DNA of 64,000 bases from positions 101,154 to 165,153 of the IMG/VR virus record IMGVR_UViG_3300021400_002728, one strand, 5' to 3'. The notes beneath the pieces are model-generated. The model had not been told where the DNA came from. It ran no database searches and worked only from the letters and a program-made list of their open reading frames with translations. Positions 33,419-43,425 of this stretch are shown in pieces. A program made the position numbers and the translations under genes. The DNA comes from a virus (taxonomy: Duplodnaviria > Heunggongvirae > Uroviricota > Caudoviricetes). The stretch's first letter is position 1. The number at the start of each line of letters is the position of its first letter.

Positions 33419-34921
33419 TTATACTCCTATAAGTACTTTTAGTTCCTTAACCTTAACAGCTTTAACAACTTCACCATCAGCAAGTTTATCACCTACTTTA
33501 ACAAGTTCAACCCACTGCCAAGTTCCATCAGCTAATTCAATTTCTTCACATCTATCAAAGATATATGCTCCATCATCTCTCTTGTCTACATCTCTGAATG
33601 TAGTCTGACCAATGAACATCTTACGAATGTCTTCATTATGTGAAGGAATATTCTGAAGGTTAAGAGGATCAGATGAACTCATACGACCAGTCTTAGCACC
33701 CATAGAATTGAAATGTGTATGAACACGACCATCAGTATGAGTGATTCCAGGAATATTGTCTACATAAGTAGATGTAATCTTTTGTGCAGCTCTATAGTCC
33801 AAAATATATTTAGCTATAGTATACTCTTTTGCCCAAATATCCATTACATCTGCATCTGTACAACGTTCCTTCTTACCTGCAATAGGCTTACATTTAAGAA
33901 TGTCATAAAACAAAATTGCAAGCTGAGTTGATGATCCAATATTAGGTGGCATATTAAATGGTTTATCTGCATGAGTAGCATTATATTTACCAATTTCAGC
34001 CTCATGAGTCATAATCTCTTTTATACAATTATCTAATGCATCCTGAAGATTTTTGTGGTATTTCTCATGAAGAGTAGCAAGATATTCAGAATCAACTGCA
34101 ACACCTGCATCTTCAAGATCTACGATAACATCAACCATTGGAATTTCAATGTTTCTAAATAACCAGTTAAGATCCTGCATATCAGGTCTATTTGATTCAA
34201 GATAATGAGCCTGGAACTCATAAAGTTCGTATGTATCAATAGCATCATGAGCAGCATACAGATATGCGTATTCAATAGGAATATAATTGAATGATACCTG
34301 ACCAAACAAATCTGAAAATGTCTGCTCATCACTATGGCTGATATATTTTCCATGTAAGTACTTCAAACCATGAGGTTCATTTTCATTAAGTAAGTGTCCG
34401 CCAAGTAACGTATCCCAATAACAACCAAGTCTAATACCAACCTGATTCTTAATTACTCGAATATCGAACTGAGCATTATGATAAATAATATCAGCAGTTA
34501 ATTCTTCTAATATTTCTTTTACTTCTTCCTCTGTTAACTGCTCTTCAATTCTGATTTCTGAAAAGTAATTTATATGGTTAATAGGTACATACGTTGCAGG
34601 CTCACCTGGAAAGTATAAACATAAACCAACAATCTTATGTACCAAAGGATTAAGACCCATGGTCTCAGTATCGATTGCAATCTTACCATGCTTATTGGCT
34701 TTCTGTATGTATTTTCGAAACGTCTCTTTATCAGTAATAACTTGATATTGATCTCTAAACTGCCCAAGATGCTGATCTACATCCTGTCGAATTTTCTCAA
34801 TAATCTCAATGACACTATTACCTTTAGGAGCAGTTTTCTTAGCCGATTTTATTTTTGCAGCCAACTCTTTATCTTGTAACGCATTTAATGTAGTTGACTT
34901 AAACTTAATTGGTAATGGCAT
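33419..34921 (-). CDS. polA: Family A DNA polymerase, N-terminal fragment (3'-5' exonuclease, thumb) with a 62-aa non-polymerase tail
   Basis: DTET, HNAQFD, YAAHDA, TGRMSSSDPLNLQNIP, IRKMF. Confidence 0.9.
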   Translation of the reverse strand: MPLPIKFKSTTLNALQDKELAAKIKSAKKTAPKGNSVIEIIEKIRQDVDQHLGQFRDQYQVITDKETFRKYIQKANKHGKIAIDTETMGLNPLVHKIVGLCLYFPGEPATYVPINHINYFSEIRIEEQLTEEEVKEILEELTADIIYHNAQFDIRVIKNQVGIRLGCYWDTLLGGHLLNENEPHGLKYLHGKYISHSDEQTFSDLFGQVSFNYIPIEYAYLYAAHDAIDTYELYEFQAHYLESNRPDMQDLNWLFRNIEIPMVDVIVDLEDAGVAVDSEYLATLHEKYHKNLQDALDNCIKEIMTHEAEIGKYNATHADKPFNMPPNIGSSTQLAILFYDILKCKPIAGKKERCTDADVMDIWAKEYTIAKYILDYRAAQKITSTYVDNIPGITHTDGRVHTHFNSMGAKTGRMSSSDPLNLQNIPSHNEDIRKMFIGQTTFRDVDKRDDGAYIFDRCEEIELADGTWQWVELVKVGDKLADGEVVKAVKVKELKVLIGV

Positions 34922-35699
34922 TACTGTATCTCCTCACTTTCAAATAATTAATTGCATCATCAGGATCCATTAAACCTTTTTTGATCTGACAATCCAAATA
35001 AAAACAATCATTTATAATCTGTACTAATTCTTCTACAGAAAGATCTTTGGCTAACTGACTATTTACAGTTATAATGTATGGATTCATTCCAGCAGTATCT
35101 TTCTGTTTTATTCTTAAAATATTCTGACTATTAGTTGATAATAATGCCATAATACTAATAGCTGACTCGGTAGTCTTAGGAAGTTTCTGCTTTCTAAAGA
35201 ACGCATCTACCCAACCATATATATCATTACTGTAGTCAGTAAATCTATTATATGACATATCTGAATCATTATATACTTTTAAGGCATTCTTAATAAGACC
35301 AAAATCGTTATTATTAGCTTTGATAAATCTTCTAGCTTGATCTTCAGTCAGATTACTGTTCTTCATTATATAAGGAAGATAATCGTTATCTAACTCAATG
35401 ATTTGATCTTTATACTTTTTATATGCAGCAGTTCTTTTGTCTATAGCATCAGTATAAACGAAAATGAACTCCTTACGTTCAAAAAGAGATTCATCTACTT
35501 TAGGCATATAAAGAATACTTAACGTCTTTTTCTTGAATAACTTACCATAAGGTTTGATTTGCCCATGTGAAACTAAGTCGGCATGAATAGCTTCTTTGAA
35601 TCTTTCTGCATACAAATCAATCATCTCACTGTCAATTGATACTAAACAGTAGACGTTCTTTGGATTCTTCATTGCCTCCTTAAATTCGTTTTTATTCAT
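34905..35699 (-). CDS. Clamp loader delta (HolA)-like subunit
   Basis: N-terminal VYCLV, central NDFGLIKNAL, C-terminal LDCQIKKGLMD resemble HolA. Confidence 0.55.
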   Translation of the reverse strand: MNKNEFKEAMKNPKNVYCLVSIDSEMIDLYAERFKEAIHADLVSHGQIKPYGKLFKKKTLSILYMPKVDESLFERKEFIFVYTDAIDKRTAAYKKYKDQIIELDNDYLPYIMKNSNLTEDQARRFIKANNNDFGLIKNALKVYNDSDMSYNRFTDYSNDIYGWVDAFFRKQKLPKTTESAISIMALLSTNSQNILRIKQKDTAGMNPYIITVNSQLAKDLSVEELVQIINDCFYLDCQIKKGLMDPDDAINYLKVRRYSNAITN

Positions 35700-35950
35700 T
35701 TCTTACCTTTCTCTTGAGCCCATTCAAAAGTTTTTAATTGCTCGCATTGTCTTTTCTTACATTCATGCAATTTTGTTTGATTTCTTGTCATATATGCTTT
35801 ATAATGACAACAATATGCATATGGTTGTGGTGAATAATTACCATCAATTAGTTTATACTCTTTATCTTGAACAGGCACATCCTTGTTGTTTTTACGACGT
35901 CTTCTCTGCTGAGCATGACGGTCTCCTCTACCAAGATTGTCGTACGACAT
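35696..35950 (-). CDS. Small basic Cys/His protein
   Basis: 84 aa, YCCHY...HECKKRQC. Confidence 0.55.
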   Translation of the reverse strand: MSYDNLGRGDRHAQQRRRRKNNKDVPVQDKEYKLIDGNYSPQPYAYCCHYKAYMTRNQTKLHECKKRQCEQLKTFEWAQEKGKK

Positions 35951-35962
35951 ACTTTTTCTACC

Positions 35963-36589
35963 TCATAATCTTCTCCATTCTTCGGACAGTCCTTTCATAT
36001 CTAACTGCCAGTTAACAATAAACTGTTTCTTATTCAAAGACTTAAGATTTTTAGCAGCATTATACTTACTACTAATCAATAGTTCTTTCCTTAAGTCCTC
36101 ACCATTCTTGATTCTTTCTAAAAGTCTATTACATACTACAGACATATAAACATTTAGATCGTATTCTTCTTTATACTCAAGTTTGTCTACAGAAGCAACT
36201 AACTCAGGTGTAGCAAACTCAATCTGACCAATACAATCACAATAATGTCCTATATTCTTGTAAGGTTCCATTCTTTCAATGATACATCTTGACTGAATAG
36301 ACATAGGAAGATTCATTATGTTCTTACAAGTTATAATTATATGATCTTCGTTTTCTTCAAGCATCTTAAGCATTGCACTAAAACATGCAGGTGACCATTC
36401 ATCTACATCTGCAAATACATAGTCTCCTCGATCAAGATTACGAAGATTATCTACTTTACCTTCAACCCAGTAAAAAGTAGGAGCAATTTCATTGACAAGT
36501 GTTTTCTTGCCACTATACTTTTGCCCTACTATAATAAGGTTACTAGGTAAAGTTTTAAGTCTTTCTCTTAACTTTTCCTGTTGTTCCAT
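35963..36589 (-). CDS. Clamp loader delta-prime (HolB)-like subunit
   Basis: GQKYSGKKT, MLKMLEE, IQSRC. Confidence 0.7.
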   Translation of the reverse strand: MEQQEKLRERLKTLPSNLIIVGQKYSGKKTLVNEIAPTFYWVEGKVDNLRNLDRGDYVFADVDEWSPACFSAMLKMLEENEDHIIITCKNIMNLPMSIQSRCIIERMEPYKNIGHYCDCIGQIEFATPELVASVDKLEYKEEYDLNVYMSVVCNRLLERIKNGEDLRKELLISSKYNAAKNLKSLNKKQFIVNWQLDMKGLSEEWRRL

Positions 36590-36681
36590 TAATTTACCAC
36601 CTCATAGAAGTCTCTGGATAGCCACCAGTGACCTCCAGTTGAATTTTAGTTATTGTATATATAGATATATATCAGTATATA

Positions 36682-36882
36682 TCAAGTTCTTCTGGTGTCA
36701 TTCTGGATAATGTCTTGAATACTTTGTTGGAACATTTCTTCAAAATTCATTCCATCTTTATTATCAATCTGCTGTTTACAAGAGTCATTTAAACTAGGCT
36801 TATTATCTGCAAACTGCATATTAATAGTCACATTCTGAACAGGTTGAACTTTTTGTAAGTATTCACAGTTCTCTATAGTCAT
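36682..36882 (-). CDS. Hypothetical protein
   Basis: 66 aa in operon. Confidence 0.45.
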   Translation of the reverse strand: MTIENCEYLQKVQPVQNVTINMQFADNKPSLNDSCKQQIDNKDGMNFEEMFQQSIQDIIQNDTRRT

Positions 36883-36908
36883 AACTATCTCATTATAGAA
36901 TAATTATA

Positions 36909-37574
36909 TCAAGAACGAGAACATTTGTAAATAGTTACGTCCAATGTTTCTGTATCAATAACTAACATAGTCTGATTACCAAAAGAAGTTCCATTTTCAT
37001 TAGTGCTAAATGTATCTACTAACCATAAATTATCATGATGTATGATCTTTTTTACTGGTGAATGACCAACTACTTGACAAACATCATAATACTCAATCCA
37101 TTCATCTGGTCTAGACCATAATGGTGAATCTGGATAATTAAATGCTGAATATAAGTTATAGAAATCATTTATGCCATCAAGTTTCTTATGATGTTTTTCT
37201 ACTCCAGCATGACTGAACACCACTTTATCAATTATATGAACAAGCTGAGGTTCAACTATACGTTCATACTTATTAAGCATCAACTTAATGTCTATACGAT
37301 AAATTTCACTGTTACCTGAACACCAATCATTTATCATATATGCAACATCATGATTACCATAACACCATAAACTATTTGGAAAGTCTTCCTTAAACTTAAT
37401 AGATCGATTTATAGTTTGTGTATATAGTTCTATATTTGAATCTTGACCCCAATCATCTACAAGATCACCTAAGAAAATAGCAAAGTCAGCTTTACCCTCT
37501 TTGAGCAAAGCTGATGCTTTATCAAACATCCAAGGTTTTAGATGTACATCTGGAATCGCTAATACTTTTGACAT
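36909..37574 (-). CDS. Metallophosphoesterase
   Basis: DVH, GDLVD, GNHD, SHAG, GHS. Confidence 0.88.
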   Translation of the reverse strand: MSKVLAIPDVHLKPWMFDKASALLKEGKADFAIFLGDLVDDWGQDSNIELYTQTINRSIKFKEDFPNSLWCYGNHDVAYMINDWCSGNSEIYRIDIKLMLNKYERIVEPQLVHIIDKVVFSHAGVEKHHKKLDGINDFYNLYSAFNYPDSPLWSRPDEWIEYYDVCQVVGHSPVKKIIHHDNLWLVDTFSTNENGTSFGNQTMLVIDTETLDVTIYKCSRS

Positions 37575-37754
37575 GTTATTTCAAACCTTCTTTTAATATA
37601 TCAATTACGATCTTATAAACACCTTTACGTTCGAAATAGTTCTTAACATAAGTATTAGTTGAAAGATGTTTATTAGTGAAGAACTTAACAAGTTGCTTAT
37701 CTGTATAGATTGATCTGATCAACTCATCTGAGAGTTCCTGACCATTGAAGTCCA
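37575..37754 (-). CDS. Small ORF below the track threshold (59 aa)
   Basis: Hand translation MDFNGQELSDELIRSIYTDKQLVKFFTNKHLSTNTYVKNYFERKGVYKIVIDILKEGLK; stop abuts next start. Confidence 0.45.
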
Positions 37755-37815
37755 TATCATGTAAACAACCAATAGAAGCAATGATGAACTTTCTAATAAT
37801 ACTATGTAAATAGTT

Positions 37816-38733
37816 TTACACAATAAGTCTTGCGATTATGATATTCTTAGGTGAGTCATCATATCTAATATCCTGAAGTGTAGTGAGCAAAGTTTCCAGA
37901 AGTTTTAAGTCTCTATTCTTAGCTACGCAATAATCAAGAAGCTGTCTAGTAAAGTAATGCAATTCATATCCATTATTATATACAGCCTCAATAAGATCAA
38001 TAATCTTATTTATGTCCTTATTCTTATATGCCTCACAAATATCTGCAAGTACATCTAATGATGTCATATTGAGAACTTTACATACAGTTTCAACATCAAG
38101 TTGACTATCTTCATACAATAGGCAGGTATCAATGTTTGTAAGCGCTTGACGAAGACTTCCTTTGGCTGAAGCTATAATATAATCCATAGCATCATCAGTG
38201 ATATTAATATGTTCAGCATCACACACTGTAGTAAGTCTCTTCTTCATACCTGCATCAGTGATAGGTGTAAAGTTGAGTCTCATACATCTACTCAATATAG
38301 TATTAGGAATCTTCTGAGGATCTGTGGTACAAAAAATAAATATTGCGCTTGGAATCTTTTCTTCAAGTGTAATCAGCATAGAAGACCAACCTTCTTTTGT
38401 GATACACTGGCATTCATCAAGAATAAATACCTTGAGATCTTTAATAAGTGGTTTGATTCTAGCTTTCTCACAGATTTCTTTAATCTCAGCTACACCGCCA
38501 TTCTTTGCACAGTCAAGTTCAATAATTTCGGCATTGATTTCATTTGCAAAGATTTTAGCACAAGTAGTTTTACCACATCCAGCACTACCTACAAAAAGGA
38601 TAACATTACTATAGGATTTTTTAGCGATCTGTTTACTAAGTACCTTTGTACATACTTCCTGATCACAAACGTCCTCAAATTTGGTTGGACGATATTTGTT
38701 TGCTAATCTATCTAGTACCATGATTTTCCTCAT
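37816..38733 (-). CDS. dnaX: Clamp loader ATPase, DnaX (gamma)-like
   Basis: KYRP, GSAGCGKTT, ELD, LDECQ, TLEE, ILSRC, GSLRQA. Confidence 0.9.
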   Translation of the reverse strand: MRKIMVLDRLANKYRPTKFEDVCDQEVCTKVLSKQIAKKSYSNVILFVGSAGCGKTTCAKIFANEINAEIIELDCAKNGGVAEIKEICEKARIKPLIKDLKVFILDECQCITKEGWSSMLITLEEKIPSAIFIFCTTDPQKIPNTILSRCMRLNFTPITDAGMKKRLTTVCDAEHINITDDAMDYIIASAKGSLRQALTNIDTCLLYEDSQLDVETVCKVLNMTSLDVLADICEAYKNKDINKIIDLIEAVYNNGYELHYFTRQLLDYCVAKNRDLKLLETLLTTLQDIRYDDSPKNIIIARLIV

Positions 38734-38798
38734 TCTTTCTCAAAAGTTCAGTCAAAAATATGCAGACATACAAGACATCTGCATATTCTTTATTATAA

Positions 38799-39044
38799 TT
38801 AAATAGCTTTTCGATTATAAAAAGTCTCCACCGTAATATTAGGTTCAGTTTTTAGAGCTTCAAAATATTCATTTACGAAAGACTGAAGTTCCTTAGGCTG
38901 ATTTTGAGAAACAACTAATTTGTTAGTCTCACCATCTGCAAAATGGGAACTTACATAATCTATGTTTCCATGAAGCTTGACTACACCATCGATAGTCAAA
39001 TCATACATGAGATTTTCTAAAATATAATCTAATGTAAGGTCCAT
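38799..39044 (-). CDS. Hypothetical protein
   Basis: 81 aa with AAGGAG RBS. Confidence 0.6.
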   Translation of the reverse strand: MDLTLDYILENLMYDLTIDGVVKLHGNIDYVSSHFADGETNKLVVSQNQPKELQSFVNEYFEALKTEPNITVETFYNRKAI

Positions 39045-39077
39045 GTTATCTCCTTTCTTTTTACTATAAATAGTTCT

Positions 39078-40919
39078 TTACATTACTCTTTCGAGAAGAT
39101 TACATACAGTATCAATAAATACTGAACAATAGTTTCTGTCAATTACAACGACCTTTGCCTGTCTAAGAGATTTGCCAAGATACTTCTCATTCTGCTTATC
39201 AGTAATAAGAATAGTATTAGGACCATCAAAGTACTTAAATGCAGTAGTTCCATCTGAATATACGTCTGCGTCAGCATCACCATCGAAAAGGATAATGTTA
39301 TAATTGTTTGCCTGAGATTGAGTATGTCTTCTAACTACCTGACCAACTACTGAGTGAAGACAGTTACAACCACAACTATGGAAACGCTTAGAAGTAGTAT
39401 CTTTCCATTCATCGATCTCAGTATTGATAGTGATTACATCAAAATCAAAATCCTTAGAACGAAGTCTGTTAAGTGCTGAGATAAACATATTCATCTTTGT
39501 ATCGTTATGACTGAATGAACCGGAATTATCGATGAAAAGATTAAAGTGTACTTTAGAGAATCTACGAATGTCACCATTTACATTCTGCTGATTCCACCAC
39601 TTATAGTCGTCTCTTCTAATAACAGATCTAGGATCAAATCTACCAGAGTATGCAGAGATTGCTGCACCATTCTTATCATCTTCCTTAAGTTTCTCATCGA
39701 TGATCTTTTTAAGTCTAGCAATAAGTACCTCATCGTTAAGTACTTCAAATACAGACTTAAGTGCATCCTTGAAGATTTTAGTCATATCATCATCAGAGAA
39801 CTTAGTATCAAGTTCTTTAATGAGATCATTTACATCGTCATCGGTAAGAGAATTTTCTTCTTCATCTTCACTTGTAGAAGAATTCGAATCATCTTCATCC
39901 TCATCGTCAGTACCATGGTTAGGCTTTGAATTCTGATTATCAGAATTGTCCTGATCATCAGACTCATCACTATCATCTTTGTCAGAATCAGATGAGGTAT
40001 TTCCATTAGACTCTTCGTCGTTCTCATCTTCATCATCTTCATCATCTTCATCTTCATCGTTATTAGAAGAACCTTCAGATTCTTCATTCTCATCTTCGTT
40101 TTCGTCTTCGTTTTCAGACTGATTATTTTCAGAAGACTGGTCGTTATTATTTTCCTGATCATTATCCTCATCAGAAGATTGATTCTGCTGAGACTGACCA
40201 TCACCATTCTGCTGTTCCTGATTCTGATCTTGATCCTGATTCTGATCTTCGTTATTTTTATTCTCTTCAAAATCCTTAGCAATATCGTTGTAAAGACCGA
40301 AGATTGCCTTTACATAAGACTGAATCTCATCATATTCACTACTACTAGTATAGTAGTAATCATCCATATGAAAATCAGGATCTGCATAAGATCTGTTGAT
40401 CTTTGCATATCTTCTAATAATCTGAGCTACTCTATCAACAAACTGCTTCTTACCTTTATGATAACGAACTACATTATAGAATGCATCATCTGCAGTTTTA
40501 GGATCGTCAGTTCCATCATAATTGTTGAGGAAAATAATATTCTTTCTGAAGTTAGTATTCATGTATCTCTTTGCAAGAAGAGTTTCGATTCTCTCATCTT
40601 CAAATATGTTAACTACATGATGATTATGTGAAGAATGACCGGTAGCATCCCAAAGCTTATCAGGAGTAAGTACAACATGAGAGATTTCATGATAAAGAAG
40701 ACCACGAATAACTTCTTCGACATCGACATTATATTTACCATCAACAACTTTGCTGAAGGCTTCAGCGATCATCTTATATCCAAGAACAATCTTATCCTCA
40801 AGGGGGCTATAATAAGATCTATCACCGTGAGAAAGCTCAACGTTGATATTTCTACCAAGATAATATCCAATAGGAAGTGTAGCAAGTATGTGGTTTACTA
40901 AATCATAAGAAATGTTCAT
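39078..40919 (-). CDS. CobT-like HExxH plus acidic linker plus vWA protein
   Basis: HEISH, NIFEDERIE, about 150-aa D/E/N/Q/S tract, DNSGS MIDAS, FDGD. Confidence 0.75.
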   Translation of the reverse strand: MNISYDLVNHILATLPIGYYLGRNINVELSHGDRSYYSPLEDKIVLGYKMIAEAFSKVVDGKYNVDVEEVIRGLLYHEISHVVLTPDKLWDATGHSSHNHHVVNIFEDERIETLLAKRYMNTNFRKNIIFLNNYDGTDDPKTADDAFYNVVRYHKGKKQFVDRVAQIIRRYAKINRSYADPDFHMDDYYYTSSSEYDEIQSYVKAIFGLYNDIAKDFEENKNNEDQNQDQDQNQEQQNGDGQSQQNQSSDEDNDQENNNDQSSENNQSENEDENEDENEESEGSSNNDEDEDDEDDEDENDEESNGNTSSDSDKDDSDESDDQDNSDNQNSKPNHGTDDEDEDDSNSSTSEDEEENSLTDDDVNDLIKELDTKFSDDDMTKIFKDALKSVFEVLNDEVLIARLKKIIDEKLKEDDKNGAAISAYSGRFDPRSVIRRDDYKWWNQQNVNGDIRRFSKVHFNLFIDNSGSFSHNDTKMNMFISALNRLRSKDFDFDVITINTEIDEWKDTTSKRFHSCGCNCLHSVVGQVVRRHTQSQANNYNIILFDGDADADVYSDGTTAFKYFDGPNTILITDKQNEKYLGKSLRQAKVVVIDRNYCSVFIDTVCNLLERVM

Positions 40920-41006
40920 GTTATACCTCCGAAATAAAACCGATCATTTATTATGGTTTAATTATAACATGAACATTATAAGATGTAAATAGTTTTATTT
41001 AATTTT

Positions 41007-41549
41007 TTATAGCTTTTTCATGTACTCTATTGGTACTACAATAGTAAGCCAGACACCATTCTCAGACTCATAAAACTTAAATCCATCTTTATACATCTGA
41101 TCAGTATCAATCTCATAAACTACTGGAGTTCCATGTCTCTTGCCAACATTAATCGCAGTAGCTACATCCTTTGATAAATGTACATAAAGACGGCTTTTAG
41201 ACTTAAGTCCTTGTTTGTCAATAGAACTTACATACTTTGCACCAGTTCCATGATAAAGTACTAAAGGTGGAATCTTTTCTTTAAGACCTACATCAACAGG
41301 AATTGAATGTCCTTGATTAGCTCTGATAAGAGTTCTGTCATCATTAAATGAATATCTAGTTTTCTTGTCAGTTCTAACAATCTCATCCAATTCTTTCATA
41401 TAAAATCCAGGATACTGTACAGCAATACCATTGATGAGCTCATCTACTTTTGCCCATCCATGTTTGTCAAGTTTAATACCAATCACCTCTGGCTTATGTC
41501 GAAGGATCATGCTAATAAACTTTGAAATTGTATCTAAATCAAAATTCAA
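41007..41549 (-). CDS. kptA: RNA 2'-phosphotransferase Tpt1/KptA
   Basis: SMILRH, KTRY, RANQGHS, LYHGT, YVHLS, NGVWLT. Confidence 0.95.
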   Translation of the reverse strand: MNFDLDTISKFISMILRHKPEVIGIKLDKHGWAKVDELINGIAVQYPGFYMKELDEIVRTDKKTRYSFNDDRTLIRANQGHSIPVDVGLKEKIPPLVLYHGTGAKYVSSIDKQGLKSKSRLYVHLSKDVATAINVGKRHGTPVVYEIDTDQMYKDGFKFYESENGVWLTIVVPIEYMKKL

Positions 41550-41566
41550 GTTTATTTTATATTACC

Positions 41567-42391
41567 TCAAAATTCAAATCTGTTATCTTTATTATTACCT
41601 ACAATAGATGATGCATCTACTTCAATAGCGTATTCTTTGATTACTTCATCGATAGAACTCAATTCAATGAGATCCTTATAGTTAAGATAATCTGATTTAG
41701 CAATAATTACCATTACGCCATTAGAATAGTGCAAAGTATATACATCAGGACCAGACTCTCTTGCATGTAAAAGCTTAACATTCTTAAGACCCTTAACCTT
41801 GCCGCTAAGCAATGAAGGAGGAGTATTAGCTTCTAATATTTTGTTTTCTTCAAATTCTGCAGGACTTAATCCATCATTAGATGCCTTAAACAAGTTTTCT
41901 GCAAAAGTGTTTTTAGTCATAGAATTATTATTCTCCTCAGGTGTAGGATCTAATTTTATTTTATTAGGTGTTTTGTCAAATTGAACTACAATACGACCGT
42001 TCTCTAAGTGTAAGTTAGCTGCAAAAGTGCGACCGCTTTTTCTAGATACGAAATCTTTTCTCCTAATAGTTCCACCAGACTTAAGTACTTCTTTTTCCTG
42101 TTCAGAAAATGTTACGCCACAATATCCAGGTGGGCAATCATAAGTAAATGCAGGTGTAAACGCTAGATGTGAATTACCTTCTTCATCAGTTTGAGGCATT
42201 AACTTACCAGTTAACGATGAAAATTTCTGGCCAGTTTTACTTTCATATGGAAATGAAATTTCTTCACCATTAGCAAGCTTCTGACATTCTTCATCTGTAA
42301 ATGTCTTTCGTCCCCATTCACGTTTGAAGATGACTTCTTCACCAGTATTTGCATTTATACCTTTATAAAGACTCATAATTACATACCTCAA
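41567..42391 (-). CDS. Hypothetical with topoisomerase C-terminal-repeat-like segments
   Basis: Repeated F..EE...L..G..I...F.SK..G..F...L pattern. Confidence 0.5.
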   Translation of the reverse strand: MRYVIMSLYKGINANTGEEVIFKREWGRKTFTDEECQKLANGEEISFPYESKTGQKFSSLTGKLMPQTDEEGNSHLAFTPAFTYDCPPGYCGVTFSEQEKEVLKSGGTIRRKDFVSRKSGRTFAANLHLENGRIVVQFDKTPNKIKLDPTPEENNNSMTKNTFAENLFKASNDGLSPAEFEENKILEANTPPSLLSGKVKGLKNVKLLHARESGPDVYTLHYSNGVMVIIAKSDYLNYKDLIELSSIDEVIKEYAIEVDASSIVGNNKDNRFEF

Positions 42392-42437
42392 ATCTATTTT
42401 TTACTATTATAACATAGTAAAGACGAATTGTAAATAG

Positions 42438-42974
42438 TTATTGATCTCCGTATCTCAACTTTTTAGCCGGACCTTCAACCAATGCACAAATAGGTAAGCT
42501 TACTACAATAACAAATGCATCAGAAATAAACGATGTAGTATTCTTAGCAAATCTCACTAAGAATGGCTGACCAACTACAAAACTATCAATAAATGACTTA
42601 ATAAGTTCAATACCTATGAATGTCGCAACAATTGCTACAATGGCAGTTAGAATAACCTGAACAGTTTTATTCTTGATCTTCTTAATAAACTTAAGTGTCA
42701 TACCAATAATTAGGCCAATTGCAATATTACCTACTGCCCAACCAGGCATTTCATTAAATCCGAGTCCACCGATGATACAGTATAGAATAACACCTAGACA
42801 ACCAATGATGGCACCTTCATACCATTTGAAACACCATACAAAAACGGTCATTACTATGTAACCAAGACATAAGTAATAATTCTCAAATACTGGTACTCTC
42901 AAACACATGGATAATGCTACGAACAAAGCAATACCAACAGCAGGGAAAGTGATGTTTTTAGTTTTAATATTCAT
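42438..42974 (-). CDS. ECF transporter S component
   Basis: 6 TM helices, P..Y..LG motif. Confidence 0.8.
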   Translation of the reverse strand: MNIKTKNITFPAVGIALFVALSMCLRVPVFENYYLCLGYIVMTVFVWCFKWYEGAIIGCLGVILYCIIGGLGFNEMPGWAVGNIAIGLIIGMTLKFIKKIKNKTVQVILTAIVAIVATFIGIELIKSFIDSFVVGQPFLVRFAKNTTSFISDAFVIVVSLPICALVEGPAKKLRYGDQ

Positions 42975-42975
42975 A

Positions 42976-43404
42976 TTAACCTCTTACTTTTTCTTTAATC
43001 TGTTCACGAGTTTCCATTAGGATCTGACCAAGAAGATTTTGACCTTCACCATTAACCTTACCCCAAGTCGTATCTCCCCAAGTATTACCTTCAACTAATT
43101 CTTCATCTTTGGTATCAAGTAACTTAGCAGCAAGATACGGATTCTGAGTAAATTTTGCATATACAATCTTAGACATAAGATCTACCTTAACATCTTCCCA
43201 GTCCGGTCTTAATTTAATATGACGCCCCATTTTCTTAGCATCAGATGGATTCATACCACTAAACATCTTACGTTCAGCTGGATCTAGACACTTTTGTGCT
43301 TGAAAAGCAGCTTCATTGTTTTCATATCTTATTCCATCGAAAATAACAGGTGCCTTGTAAAAATTTGATAAAAAGAAATAATTGTTTCTGAATTCACTAA
43401 TCAT
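42976..43404 (-). CDS. NADAR family protein (YbiA-like)
   Basis: FLSNFY, EAAFQAQK, DWE, AKFTQN, LVEGNTWGDTTWG, GQNLLG. Confidence 0.92.
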   Translation of the reverse strand: MISEFRNNYFFLSNFYKAPVIFDGIRYENNEAAFQAQKCLDPAERKMFSGMNPSDAKKMGRHIKLRPDWEDVKVDLMSKIVYAKFTQNPYLAAKLLDTKDEELVEGNTWGDTTWGKVNGEGQNLLGQILMETREQIKEKVRG

Positions 43405-43425
43405 AAAAAGTGTCCTCCTTTCATA

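Noticed and set aside
33414-33421. Stop suppression or simple sequencing frameshift joining the PolA halves
   Set aside because: Double stop TAA TGA, different frame, dedicated RBS and a 62-aa non-polymerase tail indicate a genuine split
37575-37818. TAA read-through extending DnaX by about 80 in-frame codons via the ochre tRNA
   Set aside because: DnaX ends at a natural domain III boundary, the post-stop sequence is the common AAACTATTTACA motif and an internal ATG explains the ORF; cheap to test by proteomics
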